A stretch of 64,000 nucleotides of DNA from Chrysomallon squamiferum (GCA_012295275.1 CM022677.1:27528001-27592000), one strand, 5' to 3'; positions 28,475-43,490 are shown, counted from the stretch's first letter. The notes: generated from the letters alone by a model not told the origin. Translations and numbers: made by a program.

Positions 28475-29258
28475 ACTCATTACTACTTCTGCTACTACTA
28501 CCACCACTACTACAACCACTACTACAACTATTTGTATAGTCTGGAATTTCTAAAAAAAAAAAAAATTAATATTTTTTTTATTCTTTATTATTTTGCCTCT
28601 TACATCAGTGAATTCAGTTCAATTCACTTTAAGAAAGAGTTACACATAACTACATTCAGTGTTTATATATTTACATCTTCTTGATACTAAATGTAACCAG
28701 ATAGAAATCATACGCTATGCTGAACACAGGTTCATGTGTTCTGGATTACCAGGTTATATAAATATAAATGTGTGATATTACTGCATATGTAGATAATAGC
28801 GAAATGAGGAATGTGTGTGTCGTCTGTATGTCTGTTGATTAGATATGAAAGTTGGTTTAGTTCTGTGAGGATAGGTTTGGTGAAAATATGAAGTAATATA
28901 TGAGTGTGTATGTGTGTATACATAGACATACATACACACATAACACATAACACATAACATACATATACACATACACACATACACATACATACGTACATAT
29001 ATACGTATATATGTGTGTGTGTGTGTATGTGTGTGTGTGTGTGTATATATATATATGTGTGGGTGTATGAGAGTGTATATTTGTATATGTGTGTGGGTGT
29101 GTGACTTTCTCTGAGTCATTAAAGAAATTTAAGTGGAGTTGGGTGTGAAAGAATATTTATAAATGCAGAATATAAATGTGGCTTTAAGCAAATGAAATGA
29201 CTTGTAAAGATATGTGTGTATGTTAGACATTTTATCTACATTTGATACAGGTCATGTC

Positions 29259-29307
<49 letters not shown>

Positions 29308-29614
29308 GATAGATTCTTTGAAACCATGTTTATTTATTTGCTTGCTTTGTCATTCATTCATTCTCTTGTCTGTCCATTCATCTATTTGTTTGTGTATTCC
29401 CAGGTTCTTTTCATTATTTCATTTATTTATCTCCTTATTTATTAACTAGCTTATTTATTTTATTTATTTATTTTATTTATTTTATTTATTTTATTTATTT
29501 ATTTATTTATTTATCTGTTTACTTATTTATTAATCAGTTAGTTAGTTAGTTAGTTATCTGTTTATTTATTTATTTATTTACTGTCTGTTTATTTATTTAT
29601 TTATATATATATAT

Positions 29615-29649
<35 letters not shown>

Positions 29650-29914
29650 CACATTTATTTATTTATTTTATTTATGTGTTTATTTTGTTTTCTTATCAGT
29701 TTAATTTAATTTATTATTACTTTTTTTCTGGTTATTTTATTATATTTTAGATTTATTTATTGATTAATTATTTGTATGTATATGTTCTCTTATTAATTAA
29801 TAATTTATTTATTTATTGATTAATCAGTTAGTTAGTTATTTATCTGTTTATTTATTTATTTATTTATTTATTTATCTGTTTACTTATTTATTAATCAGTT
29901 AGTTATTTATCTGT

Positions 29915-29945
<31 letters not shown>

Positions 29946-30661
29946 TCTGTTTATTTATTTATCTATCTATTTATTTATATATTTATTGATTTATTTATTT
30001 GTTTATACATTTATTTAATTATTTATTTACCTGTTTATTTATCTGTTTATTTATTTATCTATTTATTTATTTGTTTTTTTTTTTTTGTTTATTTGTTTAT
30101 TTATCTATCTGTTCATTTGTTTCAGCTCTGACTCGCACGATGACGGCGCTGATAAAAGACAAGGAGATTCCTGACATTGAACTGGATCAGCTGGATGATC
30201 TGCTTGCTCAGCTCACTGCCGAGGAGCTGGAAGAGCTCAACGGAGACTTTGACCCAGATGTGAGTTTCTGACAATGTACTCACAATACATAATCTAAACA
30301 CATTCTGCTTAAATTGCTTGTGCGTTTTATTTGTTTTCGCAGTCCATTGTTAATTACGTTTAATAAATAGTCTAAATATATTTGACAAACTTTCCAGTCA
30401 ATTTTAATTTTATTTTTATTTTTATGTTTATTTTTGTTTTTGTTTTTGTTTTTGTTTTTATTTTTATTTTTAATAATGACTTTTTATTTGACCCTGTGGG
30501 TCACATGACCTTGAATTGGTCTGTGGTTAGTAATGACCCAGGATATTAGTATCAGCATATTTTGAAAATTTACAGATGTAACTATTCTGTATCAGTTAGT
30601 AACACAAATCAAAGTATGGATGCCAGAATCAGTCAAGCATATTACATACATAGTAAATGTT

Positions 30662-30745
<84 letters not shown>

Positions 30746-31457
30746 AAAATAAGACAGACAATAATAGAGAGAATGAGAGGAAGAGAATGTGTTTGTGAGA
30801 GAGAGAGAGAGAGAGATTGAGTGAGACAGAAATATTCAGCAAACAATAGAGAGATTGAACAGTATGAGGAAGTGAGTGTGTATGTGTGTGTGTGTGTGTT
30901 TTTGTGGTTATATTGGATTAAATAACTCATCAAATTACAGTTCAAGCCTCTCTTTGGGGCCAAATACATCCCAGCAGGGGTGAAAAAGAAAAGAAAAGAA
31001 AAAAAATGTTCCTACTATTTATAAAACTAATGCACTTCATCGAGCTATCTTGCTAACATTGGTCTTCTGCTGTGTTAAAATATCTCATCAACAGTGTCAA
31101 AAGGGTTAAAACCATTTGGGTGCCTTTATTTATTTACCCTGTAGTCCTGACATGATCATCAAGGCATACAGAGCTCCAGACATGATTATCAAGGCATTCA
31201 GAGCTGACCAGTTTGTTGTAATAATCAAAAAACATAATTTAAATTAAAATTTTTAAAATTTTTTAAAATTTCTGTGATTTTAGAACTCGCTACTGCCTCC
31301 TGCACAACGATGTAGAAACCAGACAGACAAAGAGCCGACAGGACCGTTCAACCGAAGTCACCTGTTAAAGTTCCTAGAGAAACAAGCGAAAGATGACAAG
31401 GACTGGGAGCAGAACAAACCCTTCATGAAAGAAACTAAAGGTATATGTGTGTGTGAA

Positions 31458-31522
<65 letters not shown>

Positions 31523-31632
31523 TATTTAGGTATTTGTAGGTGTGTGTGTGTGTGTGCAGAGAGAGAGAGTGAAAGAGAAACACACACACATATATACATA
31601 CATACAAACACACATACACATATATATTTATA

Positions 31633-31663
<31 letters not shown>

Positions 31664-34419
31664 CTGTAATCTGTATATATAATCAATCTTTCTCTCTATA
31701 CATACATATATACATACATACATACATGCATATATATATATATATATATATAAACACACACACATATATGCACATACATACATTACATACATATATACAT
31801 AATGTACGTATATATGTGTATATGTCTAGCAAACTGTGCCTGTTTTTCTGCTTATATCTGTCTGTCTGTATATATGTTCCTTTCTGTTTTTGCATCCATC
31901 CATAGATATAGGTATCAATTTATTCATGTGTGTGTGTGTGTATGTATGTATGTGTTTGGTTTATAATTTCTACATTATCAGTTACTTCATTTATTCAGAA
32001 CAAAGCGTCGTAAAAGACAACATATACATTAACTTTATTATTAGGAAAGGTTTGGACTCCTAAGGACCCACCCCCACCCAAGTCGGAAGAGGAAGGAGGG
32101 ATTGCCACAGAGTGGGACGACATTCTGAAAGCTGCGTCTGAAGAAGAACTCGTTGATTTGGCAGGTAGACACATTTTAAAATTTTCTTTTAATGTAGAGC
32201 TTTGTTTGGAACGGGAAATAGACATAATCTCCATTTTAGCAGTAAAAAAAATCCTCCCTTGTTATTATGTTCAAAATTATGATATGCCTGAAATGCCAGA
32301 TAGTAAAGAAATTAAGCCAAATATATTACGGTGTTTTCATCTCTGAATTGATAATAAAATAAAGAAATAAATATAGAGAATGTGTTTTCTTTTTAGTCAT
32401 TCATGCTCATCAAGCACTTTATGTTTTTGTGTAGTTATTTACTTTCCTGTTTACTCAGTTTCTTTTCCATTCTTTTTTTTTTAATTAAATTTCTTTGTGT
32501 ATTTTTTCTTTCTTTCTTCTTTCTTTCTTTCTTCTTTCTTTCTTTCTTCATTTATTTGTGTTTTTATGAATTTACTTATTTGTTTATTTACTTTTATTAT
32601 TTTTTTTGTTTATTTAATTTTCTGTATTTATTTATTTACTGACTGACTGTCTCATTCATTCATTCATACATTTATTTACTCATTGTTATTATTTTATTTA
32701 TTTATGTATGTATGTGTGTGTGTGTGTGTGTGTATGTATGTGTTTGTTTGTTTGTTTGTTTATCTGTTTATTTATTTATTTATTTTTTTGTTTATTTATT
32801 TATTTATTTATTTATTTGTTTGTTTGTTTGTTTATTTGTTTATTTATTTGTTTGTTTGTTTGTTTGTTTATTTCAGCTGTACTTGGGTTTCACAGTATGC
32901 TGACACAGACTCAGTATTATGCCTCACTTCAGGATGAAACCATCCACCACGAAGGAGGGTTCACCAGTAAGTATTTTACTATAATACTAATCAGATACGT
33001 TATTACCTTTACCAGTAAGTAATGTATTATAATACTAATCAGATATTACCTTTACCAGTAAGTAATTTACTATAATACTATTAATTAGATATATTATTAC
33101 CTGCTGATATAGTATTTTACTATAATACTATTAATTAGATATATTATTACCTGCTGATATAGTATTTTATTATAATACTATTAATTAGATATATTATTAC
33201 CTGCTGATTCAGTATTTCATTATAATACTATTAATTAGATATATTATTACCTGCTGATTCAGTATTTTACTATAATACTATTAATTAGATATATTATTCC
33301 CTGCTGATTCAGTATTTCATTATAATACTATTAATTAGATATATTATTACCTGCTGATTCAGTATTTTACTATAATACTATTAATTAGATATATTATTAC
33401 CTGCTGATTCAGTATTTCATTATAATACTATTAATTAGATATATTATTACCTGCTGATTCAGTATTTTACTATAATACTATTAATTAGATATATTATTAC
33501 CTGCTGATTCAGTATTTCATTATAATACTATTAATTAGATATATTATTACCTGCTGATTCAGTATTTCATTATAATACTATTAATTAGATATATTATTAC
33601 CTGCTGATATAGTATTTCATTATAATACTATTAATTAGATATATTATTACCTGCTGATTCAGTATTTCATTATAATACTATTAATTAGATATATTATTAC
33701 CTGCTGATTGAAAATTTTAGTTCTTGTTTTATAATGTGATGGAGACTCTAGTAAAATATGAAATAAATTCAGTATACATTTTGTTAGTTTGTGTGTTTGT
33801 GTATCTATATGTGTATGTGTGTGTATGTGTGTTAGTGATGTGTGTTTGAGTGATGTGGTGTGTTCTGTGTCTGTGTGAAATAGTGACGGGTGTGTATGTG
33901 AGTAATTTCTGTGTGTTAATGGTGTGTTTTTGATATGTTTTGTTGTGTATGTTAATTATGTGTGAAACTGTGATGTGTATGTGTGTGCATGTGATGAAAT
34001 GTTAGTTATTGTATGCTTATATATGTGTTACATATTCCCTGTATTTTAAAATGTGCCTTATTATTATTATGATTATGATTATGATTATGATTATTATTAT
34101 TATTATTATTGTTATTGTTACTATTATTCTTCTTATTATTACTATTATTCTTCTTATTATTATGTAAATTTGTAACTGAATTAAGTACAAGCATCTCAGA
34201 CATTTAAGTGTAGGAGAGGCACACTTTAATTAACTGTTGTGTTTAATTTTATAATTTCCCAGGTGCAGCCAAATCGCAGCAGCTGAAGATAGTGCCAAAC
34301 GAGCCAGCAAACTCAACTGATGTGGAGGAAAGCATCAAAAGACTTCGAGATGACGACCCAAAACTTCAGCATCTGAATCTCAACAACATCAAAGTGAGTG
34401 AGAGAGATGAGAGATTGAT

Positions 34420-34494
<75 letters not shown>

Positions 34495-34537
34495 TTCAAA
34501 GAGAGGGATAGAGAGAGAGATATTCAAAGAGAGAGAT

Positions 34538-34572
<35 letters not shown>

Positions 34573-34612
34573 TTCAGAGGCAGAGACAGAAAGAGAGAGA
34601 GATTGATGTAGT

Positions 34613-34707
<95 letters not shown>

Positions 34708-35766
34708 AAATGAATAGTGAGAGAGGATGAAATGGATGTGAATTCTGATATTATTTACAGTGAAGTTTAATGCATTAACCTGGAAATAATATGTAAAAAA
34801 AAATCCCATGTACCTGTATATCAGTATCTGTATCTGTATCTGTGTCTGTCTGTCTGTCTGTCTGCCCCTCTATTTATGTGTATGTGTGCATAAATTGTTT
34901 TTTTAATTTATTTAACATTTAACAGTTATTTCAAAAAATTTATTTATTTATTTATTTATTTATACATTTATTTATTTATACATGTATTTATTTATTACTT
35001 TATTTATTTATTTATACATGTATTTATTTATTTGTTTGTTTGTTTATTTATTTATTTGTTTATTATTTTTATTTATTTGTTTATTTATTTGTTTGCTTGT
35101 TTACTTGTAGAATATTTCGATAGAACAGCTAGTAGAGGTGTGTGATGCACTAAAGAACAATACACACTTGAAGATTTTTGAGATGGTTGGTGTCCAGGCA
35201 AATGATAAAGTAGCCAGGGTGAGTCATTTGGGTCTTGATTCTGTGGGTGGGGAAATGTTTGAACATTACCTGTGGTGGTACGAATGAATGGTCTAAAAAA
35301 ATAATATGTTATATTTACTGGTATTTTTATTTTTTCTTGTTTGTGTTAACGTGTAATAACTTAACAGACAATCATAATTCTAATTACAAATTTGTTAAAT
35401 TTATTTTTTTATGTTGGATGGGGGAAGTATTGACCTCTTATGAATCATAATTATAATTACAATATTTTTTTTTTGTTAGTTTTATTGGAATTGACTGTTA
35501 ATAATTTACTCGTTGAAAAAAAATGATGATGATGATGATGATGATGATGATTATAAATCAGTTGTTGGGGTGGATTTAGTGATTCTGTATTTTTGAAAAT
35601 ACTGCTACTATTTTTATTATGCAACTTCTGAACATCAAGAACTTGGATATAGCAGGTATTAATGATTACATCATCATCAGCATCATTATTTGCATCAAAA
35701 ACTGGCTCATCTGGTTTTACTGTTATTGTTATTATGATTGTTATTATTAATATTATTATTATTATG

Positions 35767-35797
<31 letters not shown>

Positions 35798-35798
35798 G

Positions 35799-35843
<45 letters not shown>

Positions 35844-36124
35844 ATTATTGTTATTATTAATGTTGTTGTTGTTGTTGTTATTATATGTTTGTAGAAACTG
35901 GCTGAGTCACTGAAAGAAAACAAGACACTGAGAACAGTGAACGTAGAATCAAACTTTATCAGTGGAGAGTCTATCGTAGAACTTCTCAAATCAATCAACG
36001 CAAATCAAGTTGTTACAGAACTCAGGGTAGCAAACCAGGTAAAAAATATTTTATATTAAATCATCATCATATCATCATTATTATTATTAAAATTAATTTT
36101 TATTATTATGCATCTGTTTATTTA

Positions 36125-36157
<33 letters not shown>

Positions 36158-36797
36158 TAATTTTTATTATTATTCATCTGTTTATTTTTATCATTATCAT
36201 TATTATTATTATTATTTTTATTATTATTTTTTTATATATAATTTTATATTTCTTGAATTAGCACATTCATATACCCATGCACATGAACGTTTGTTTAAGT
36301 GCATTTATAAATATTGTTGAAATAATATACATTAACATCATGCATAAATAAATATACACAACTCTAGGTATAAATGTAAGTGCACACAATACACACATTC
36401 ATATACCCCAAAATGTATGCACATACTTTCTAGTACACTCTTAGTTACAGTCTGTTCAGTTCCATTGTATTGTACTGTATTCTAATATATATTCTGTTGT
36501 TGTACTGTACATTATTATAATTTGTATTGTATTGTATTGTATTGCATTGTATTGTTTTCTAGAAACCCAGTCTTCTTGGCCACAAAACAGAGATAGCAAT
36601 TCTCAAGTTGATTCTAGAAAACGACACACTCCTTAGATTTGGAATTTTCTTCGAATATCCTGATCCGAGAATTCGCTGCATGGAAAAACTCAAGTCTAAT
36701 TACGATACCTGTAAGTTTTAATTATTTCTTTATTTTAAATTAGCTTATTATTAGCATCTACAAATTATAAATATTTTTATCTGTGTATTTCTGTCAG

Positions 36798-36866
<69 letters not shown>

Positions 36867-37416
36867 CTTCTTCTTCTTAACCTTATTTTCTCTCTTTTAT
36901 TTAAAAACAACAACACATTTTAACTATATTTGGTTAAATATATAGCTACATTTCATATTTATTTTATTTTGACTTGCTGTGTTACCATAAAATATTTCTG
37001 ATCTTCACTCTTACTTATTCTTTTCTTCTTCTTCTTCTTCTTCTTATTATTATTAACACAATCAGTATAATTACATAATCATTATAATTTTATCTCCATC
37101 ATCATCATTAATATTATTATTACCACAGCAAGAATTTTATAATAATCATCATCATTATCACCAACATCATCATCTTCATCATCACCACCATTATTCTTTT
37201 CATCATTATCTTTATGACCATTATTATTATTATCATTATTTTTTTTAAATCATTATTTTCTATTATTATTATTACTATTATTATTATTGTTATTGTTGTT
37301 ATTATTATTGTTATTATTATTATTGTTATTATTATATTATTATTACTATTATTATTACTACTACTACTATTATTATTATTATTATTATTACTATTATTAT
37401 TACTATTATTATTATC

Positions 37417-37448
<32 letters not shown>

Positions 37449-37489
37449 TGTTATTATTGTTGTTATTATTATTATTATTGTTATTATTA

Positions 37490-37534
<45 letters not shown>

Positions 37535-37543
37535 TATTATTAC

Positions 37544-37578
<35 letters not shown>

Positions 37579-37613
37579 TTGCAGTAAGGAAGAAGAGAGT
37601 GGGCGCAGCTTGA
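28213..37613 (+). CDS. TMOD: Tropomodulin (actin pointed-end capping protein), complete, 10 coding exons, 355 aa
   Basis: Spliced product has LDDLLAQLTAEELEEL..DFDPDNSLLPPAQRCRNQTDKEPTGPFNR, ASEEELVDLAAVLGFHSML, EPANSTDVEE, LNLNNIK, NVESNFISG and ELRVANQ, all tropomodulin hallmarks. All phases are consistent; 1068 nt including stop. Confidence 0.95.
30126..30259 (+). CDS. TMOD: Tropomodulin exon (LTRTMTALIKDKE...NGDFDPD)
   Basis: cag acceptor, gtgagt donor, 134 nt, phase 1-0. Confidence 0.93.
31284..31440 (+). CDS. TMOD: Tropomodulin exon (NSLLPPAQRCRNQT...FMKETK)
   Basis: tag acceptor, gtatat donor, 157 nt, phase 0-1. Confidence 0.93.
32045..32164 (+). CDS. TMOD: Tropomodulin exon (KVWTPKDPPPPK...EEELVDLA)
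   Basis: tag acceptor, gtagac donor, 120 nt, phase 1-1. Confidence 0.92.
32877..32966 (+). CDS. TMOD: Tropomodulin exon (VLGFHSMLTQTQYY...EGGFT)
   Basis: cag acceptor, gtaagt donor, 90 nt, phase 1-1. Confidence 0.92.
32960..33709 (+). repeat. 50-bp minisatellite (13 near-perfect copies) derived from the tropomodulin exon donor region
   Basis: agtatt(t/c)..tataatactattaattagatatattattacctgctgatt with exact 50-bp period from 33061; the first units retain acca/gtaagt. Confidence 0.95.
34263..34393 (+). CDS. TMOD: Tropomodulin exon (AAKSQQLKIVPNEPANSTDVEE...LNLNNIK)
   Basis: cag acceptor, gtgagt donor, 131 nt, phase 1-0. Confidence 0.93.
35111..35218 (+). CDS. TMOD: Tropomodulin exon (NISIEQLVEVCDALKNNTHL...DKVAR)
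   Basis: tag acceptor, gtgagt donor, 108 nt, phase 0-0. Confidence 0.92.
35895..36038 (+). CDS. TMOD: Tropomodulin exon (KLAESLKENKTLRTVNVESNFISG...ELRVANQ)
   Basis: tag acceptor, gtaaaa donor, 144 nt, phase 0-0. Confidence 0.93.
36563..36710 (+). CDS. TMOD: Tropomodulin exon (KPSLLGHKTEIAILK...KSNYDT)
   Basis: tag acceptor, gtaagt donor, 148 nt, phase 0-1. Confidence 0.92.
37585..37613 (+). CDS. TMOD: Tropomodulin terminal coding exon (LRKKRVGAA-stop), 3' UTR follows
   Basis: cag acceptor, phase 1, tandem TGATGA stop; basic RKKR C-terminus typical of tropomodulins. Confidence 0.88.
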
Positions 37614-37951
37614 TGAAAAGATGTTTTCTGAACGACAGATCCCACAACTTGAACATAATACATTTTTACACTAGGTCTTCTCATTACTACTCTGGCCACT
37701 GTGAAATGTGGCCTCTTCCAGCGGCCTTCTGCGGTGGCCCTCCCTACCTGCCTGCTTCTAGATTCTTTGTTTTTTACACTCAGTGTTTTGTGTGTAGTTG
37801 ATTCCCAGACTGAAATTGTGACCTACCTGTTACGGATGTTTCATCGTTTCTGTTTTAATGTTGAAATGTTAGAGATAAACTGGTAAAAAAATTTGTTTCA
37901 GTTAATGTATTGTGTTATTTCTGGAAATTAATATCAGTACTACTACTACTG

Positions 37952-37984
<33 letters not shown>

Positions 37985-38047
37985 TTACTACTACTACTAC
38001 TACTACTACTATTATTACTACTACTACTACTACTACTATTATTGTTA

Positions 38048-38078
<31 letters not shown>

Positions 38079-38427
38079 GTTATTATTATAAAGGTATTAT
38101 ATCATTTATTTATTATTAACATTATTATTGTTATTATTATTATAAAGGTATTATATCATTTATGATTTATTATTAATATTATTGTTATGAGTATTAGTAT
38201 TATTATTAGTTATATTACTATTAAACATTTTTGATATTTTAGCATCCAACACATACTTGAAATGAACTAGTTTAAATTTAAATTTTATTATTTATATTAA
38301 CATTGTCTTGAATTTTGCAAAATCATTTATTTTCTCTTTATTTCTATAACATTCTTTCTCTTGTTTTTGATTTTTGTTTAAATTTGATACACTAGGATGG
38401 GATCAAACATTAGTCTATATATATATA

Positions 38428-38461
<34 letters not shown>

Positions 38462-39638
38462 CTTTTACTCTAGAATTGATTTAGAAGCAGTAACTTTAAA
38501 ATAGTTTGCTTTCATTGTAGAACAGAGTTTTGTCCCCTGACTTGGCATTCATTTACCATATTTTAATTTTCCTTGTAGAACAGAGAATAGAGATTTTGTT
38601 GGAGGTTTGTTTTTGAAAGAAAAGAAATGAATAGATAATAGATAGGTGCTTTTGAAAAGAAAAAGGAATAGATTACAGATTTTAAAATATTTTGCAAAAT
38701 AGTTTCATCATTTTATTTTATTTATTTATTTATTTATTTATTATTATTATGATGTTATTTTGAATTTTATATATATTTTATATATATTTATATTTATATT
38801 TTATTTTTTTATTTTACTTTATTAACATTTCAAATATTAATAGTACATGAAAAAATAAAACGGAGTTGAAATAGATTTTCACAGATGTTTTAATTGCATA
38901 TTAATTTTATGGCAAATGAACCTCATTTCTTTTCTTTTTTTTTAGAAGATTTCCATGTTGAGTTATCTCCCTTCGATCTGTGTGATAAATTAGCTGGAAC
39001 TAGTTATAGTTTCAATTTTAAAATAATACAACTAATAAAGGAAAAAAATGGAATATATATACATACATACAGAATGTATGTTTGCTTGGTTTGTCTAGTA
39101 AAAACTGGAATTTTGAAATGATTTGTTTTGATTTTTTTTTTTTATCTTCAAATGTTGATGATGTGTAAAATGGCAGAAAGAAACAACACTGTTTAATGAT
39201 TTGGAGGTTCACAGGCTTTGTCTATGTATACACTATAACGTTATACTTACTGTAAATGGCACCCATGTACGTAGTTTTGTATAGCTAATGTCCACGCCCA
39301 TGTTTTTAATTTTATACTTAATTTTGAATCTTATGTAGCAAAATCATTACTATTATTTTCCTTTTAATAATGTTTTTGTGTTATCTTTTTGTAGTGGTTA
39401 ATGTAAATGGTTTGTAACACATACAGAAACATAAACACATAAACATAAACTCTGACACATACAAACACATGCACACAAACACGAACACAAAACACACTGT
39501 TTTGCTTTTTTGTATTCCGTAATACTCTAGCTTTTTTATGAATTGTTGTTACTGTTATGACCTCACGTTCATTCTATGACGTCATCCGTTTTATGTTGTC
39601 ATGACAATTGTTGATACGTAGGCAAATTATATTTTAAG

Positions 39639-39678
<40 letters not shown>

Positions 39679-39730
39679 GTGTGATTTTTTTCCAGCTGGT
39701 TTGGTACTTGTGTAAAATTTTCTCTCCAGA

Positions 39731-39768
<38 letters not shown>

Positions 39769-39848
39769 TAAATCAGTGTGAATATAACCTGCTGTCACTG
39801 GTAGATAATAAAGTGAAAGTCGAAGTAACAATTATTGTTTGTTTATTT

Positions 39849-39928
<80 letters not shown>

Positions 39929-40439
39929 CACACATTTTAAGAAGTAGAATAATATTATAACAATAAGAAGATGAAGAAAAAATATAAAACAAATAACAAT
40001 TATTACTAACCTTATATTTTTAGTTTATGTCTGACAATTTTGCGTTAGAATTACTTTCCGAGATGGATAAATTGATGTACAAGATCATCAGTAGAAAACG
40101 AAAGCATGTTTAGAAAACAGTATTATTTATACTTATATGATTTATAAGTGAAAACTTTTTACGTCACAGCATTGTTGACGTCATTTGGCAACGTAAAGTA
40201 GCCAGAAATTTGCAGACAAACTAAGACAGATAGGAAGGTTCAATGTAGTGTTACTCGTGAAAATAAGTTAAAAGGCCGATGATATCTGTCTATCTATCTC
40301 ACCACACACACACAAACACACGCACACACACATAAAATGCAACATTGCGCCATAAAATTAATTTGTTTTATCCTGTACTGTTACTGTTGAGTGTGTATGT
40401 GTGACTATATATCGATCTCTTTGTTTGTTTATATACGTA

Positions 40440-40479
<40 letters not shown>

Positions 40480-40753
40480 CTTGAAAGCGAGAGAGAATTT
40501 TATAATACGACGTCTGATATATTTACGTGACTGGTTAGGTTTTTTCTAAGTTAATATCCGAGTGTTTGAGCTGAGTGTGGAACCGCCCCTGAACAGAGTT
40601 CAGAACACGCGAAACTTTTATGACAGCTTCGACGTCGTCTTTATCTCTTGCTGGCTTTTATTACATCAGTGACCTTTCTCGATAACAGCTACGACAACAA
40701 CAGTAGCGTGTGACAGCAAACATTTTTTTTACAAGATCAAAGAAAACAGTTTA

Positions 40754-40763
40754 ATGATTTTAG
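40754..40763 (+). CDS. Candidate distal alternative first coding exon end (ATG ATT TTA G)
   Basis: TAG/gtaata phase-1 donor at the end of a CpG-rich promoter-like patch (40500-40760); in frame with the sushi exon. Confidence 0.28.
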
Positions 40764-40822
40764 GTAATATATCTACCGATTCTAAATGTAGTGGGGAAAA
40801 AAAAGGAATAAAATTAAATATA

Positions 40823-40867
<45 letters not shown>

Positions 40868-41871
40868 AAAAAAAAAAAAGAAAGAAAAAGAATGAAAAAA
40901 AGGCAGGAAAAGAAAAATGTATGGTAATATTTGTATTGTGTTTATATGTGTGGTGCGCATGCGTGTGTAAAACGTAATACATAATTTTTGCTACTACTAC
41001 TACTACTAGCACCACCAGCATTACTATAATTACTGCTGCTGCTACTACTACTATTACTACTTCTGACATCATTACTATTACTGCTATCACCATTGCTATT
41101 ATTATTGCTGTTGCTACTATAATGTTACTTATATTACTAACACCATTACATATACTACTACTACTACTACTACTACAACTGCAACTATTACTACTACTAG
41201 CACCACCTCCATCACCATTACTATTACTACTACCACTAGTAACAGCATTATTACAACAACAACAACACTACTACTACAACCATTAATACTATTACTACTG
41301 TCATTACTATCTATCGATATACTGCCACCACATAACCACCAGTACTGTAGACTTAAAAAAACAAAACAAGAGCACGTAATTAAACAATGAGTAACCATTA
41401 CGCCATATTTCAGTCGTTATAAATTCTTGCATACTACGTAATGCTAAAGCTTAGCAAAAGCTACATAAAATTATAATATGTAATGTAGACGAGTCCATGG
41501 CAAAGATTATTTGTTTCGCTAAATTCTTCATTTTATAATCGGACGAGTTACAGTTCCGTGAATACATAAATGAATAAGCAAGCAAGCAAATAAATAAATA
41601 CATAAATACATAAGAAAATAAATAAATAAATAAATAAGCAAGCATAGTAAATAAATTAATTAATTAATTAACAAGTAAATAAATAAATAATAAATAAATA
41701 AATAAATAACAGAAGTAGTAGTAAAAATAACAAAAGCGATAATTTCAGACACATATATTATTTCTAAAATCTCTTAACCGATTAGTCGCATTTAGTATGG
41801 GACGCCACATGAAAATAATAATTTCCCGCCATTGTACTTTAGCATGTCAAGGACATCCCTGCGACAATCTG

Positions 41872-41885
41872 ATTGGTCCACGTCA
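41872..41885. promoter_or_regulatory. ERSE-II (ATTGG-N-CCACG) overlapping a UPRE-type TGACGTGG site
   Basis: Sequence ATTGGTCCACGTCA; motif match only. Confidence 0.35.
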
Positions 41886-42205
41886 CTGCTCGAATGATTC
41901 GATCGGACGGAATTAGAACAATGTCTAAATTTAGCATCATTAGAACTTCTTATAGCGAGCAAATTGTCAGACGACAAGAAAAGATTAAGATGTCATAATT
42001 TTTTTGTGTTGCAATCGATTATACTCGTACAAGATATTGAAGTAGTATGGCGTCGCATTAAAGTGATTAATGCATTATGATAGTCTGTTGATCGGATTGC
42101 TGTTCGGCATTAATCCTAATCTTTAACTATTATGTTGATCGTGGCGTGACGTAACACAGAGCGTTAAAGAGTCGAGGTTACTAGGTCCACTTCGTTTTGA
42201 TTACT

Positions 42206-42289
<84 letters not shown>

Positions 42290-42769
42290 CGGTTGAATAT
42301 ACAATGCAAATGAACAAATGAACGACTGAATAAATAACTGCCCACCTGAACGAATGAATAAAATTTTAAAGATTTTAGAAATACCCAAATAGGAACATCA
42401 CACATACATGCATACACACATACATAAATGTAGCTTTAGAGATCGCTATAGCAATTCGTTTCTTATGGTAACAGCTTAAAACAAAAATGCCAAGCCTGCT
42501 TGAATTAATGTCGCTGTCATTTCAGACGACGTTTCATTCTGAAAATGGGAAGTGGAGAATGACCGTCGCTGTCAGTCACGTGACAGCCCGTGACACGGAA
42601 AGTAAATAATTTAACAATAATAAATTTATAAATAACGCGCTTACTTGAATTATTACCTCGAAAGCAAAGCAGAACACACAAACATATAGCCGACGGCAAA
42701 ATGGTGGACAGTTCCTTTTCAGAAATTTAAAATCCTTTTTATAATAATAATAATAAATAAATAAAATAA

Positions 42770-42801
<32 letters not shown>

Positions 42802-42986
42802 ACGAAATAAATATATACATGTGTTTATATGTACGTATGTAGGTGTGTGTGTGTGTGTATGTTTTGTATGTAGACACACACATAAATGCATTAGAAACCG
42901 TTTGGCATACACATACAACTATTCCGAAATACAAATAATCTATCTTAAAGCAATGTTTCTAAAATGCTGAGTAATTCAAAAAAGAA

Positions 42987-43046
<60 letters not shown>

Positions 43047-43490
43047 TTTTGTCTTGCTATTATTATCATACTCTGTCTATAACAATACAAACAAGCGTTC
43101 CACCCAGTAATAAAATGTGTCCAGTTTTACAACCTCCACAAACTGTCAAAACAACGACGACGATGACAACAACACACTCATCTGTCCTCTACGACTAGCT
43201 CTGTGTTTCCCGAAATGACATCTTGACACAATTCTTTTTTTTTTTTTTTGCTTTCCTTCATGGTCGACATTTGCAAACAGTTCGTTGCACCTGGGAAAGA
43301 TCAGGTTTTTTTTTTTTTTTTTTTTCTGTTTGGCGACCACAACCACATTTTTTTTAAGCAGACGACAAGTTAATGACTGATACACCGCTGCTTTAACTAT
43401 CTTACGCTGCATGACAAAACTGGTACTCAAAAAAAAAAAAAAAAAAAAAAAAAAAATGTATTTGTGTTTGCTTAATAACAGATGCAGCAA

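Noticed and set aside
33061-33709. Regular 50-bp array as a possible CRISPR
   Set aside because: There are no unique spacers and no cas genes; it is a head-to-tail minisatellite in a eukaryotic intron.
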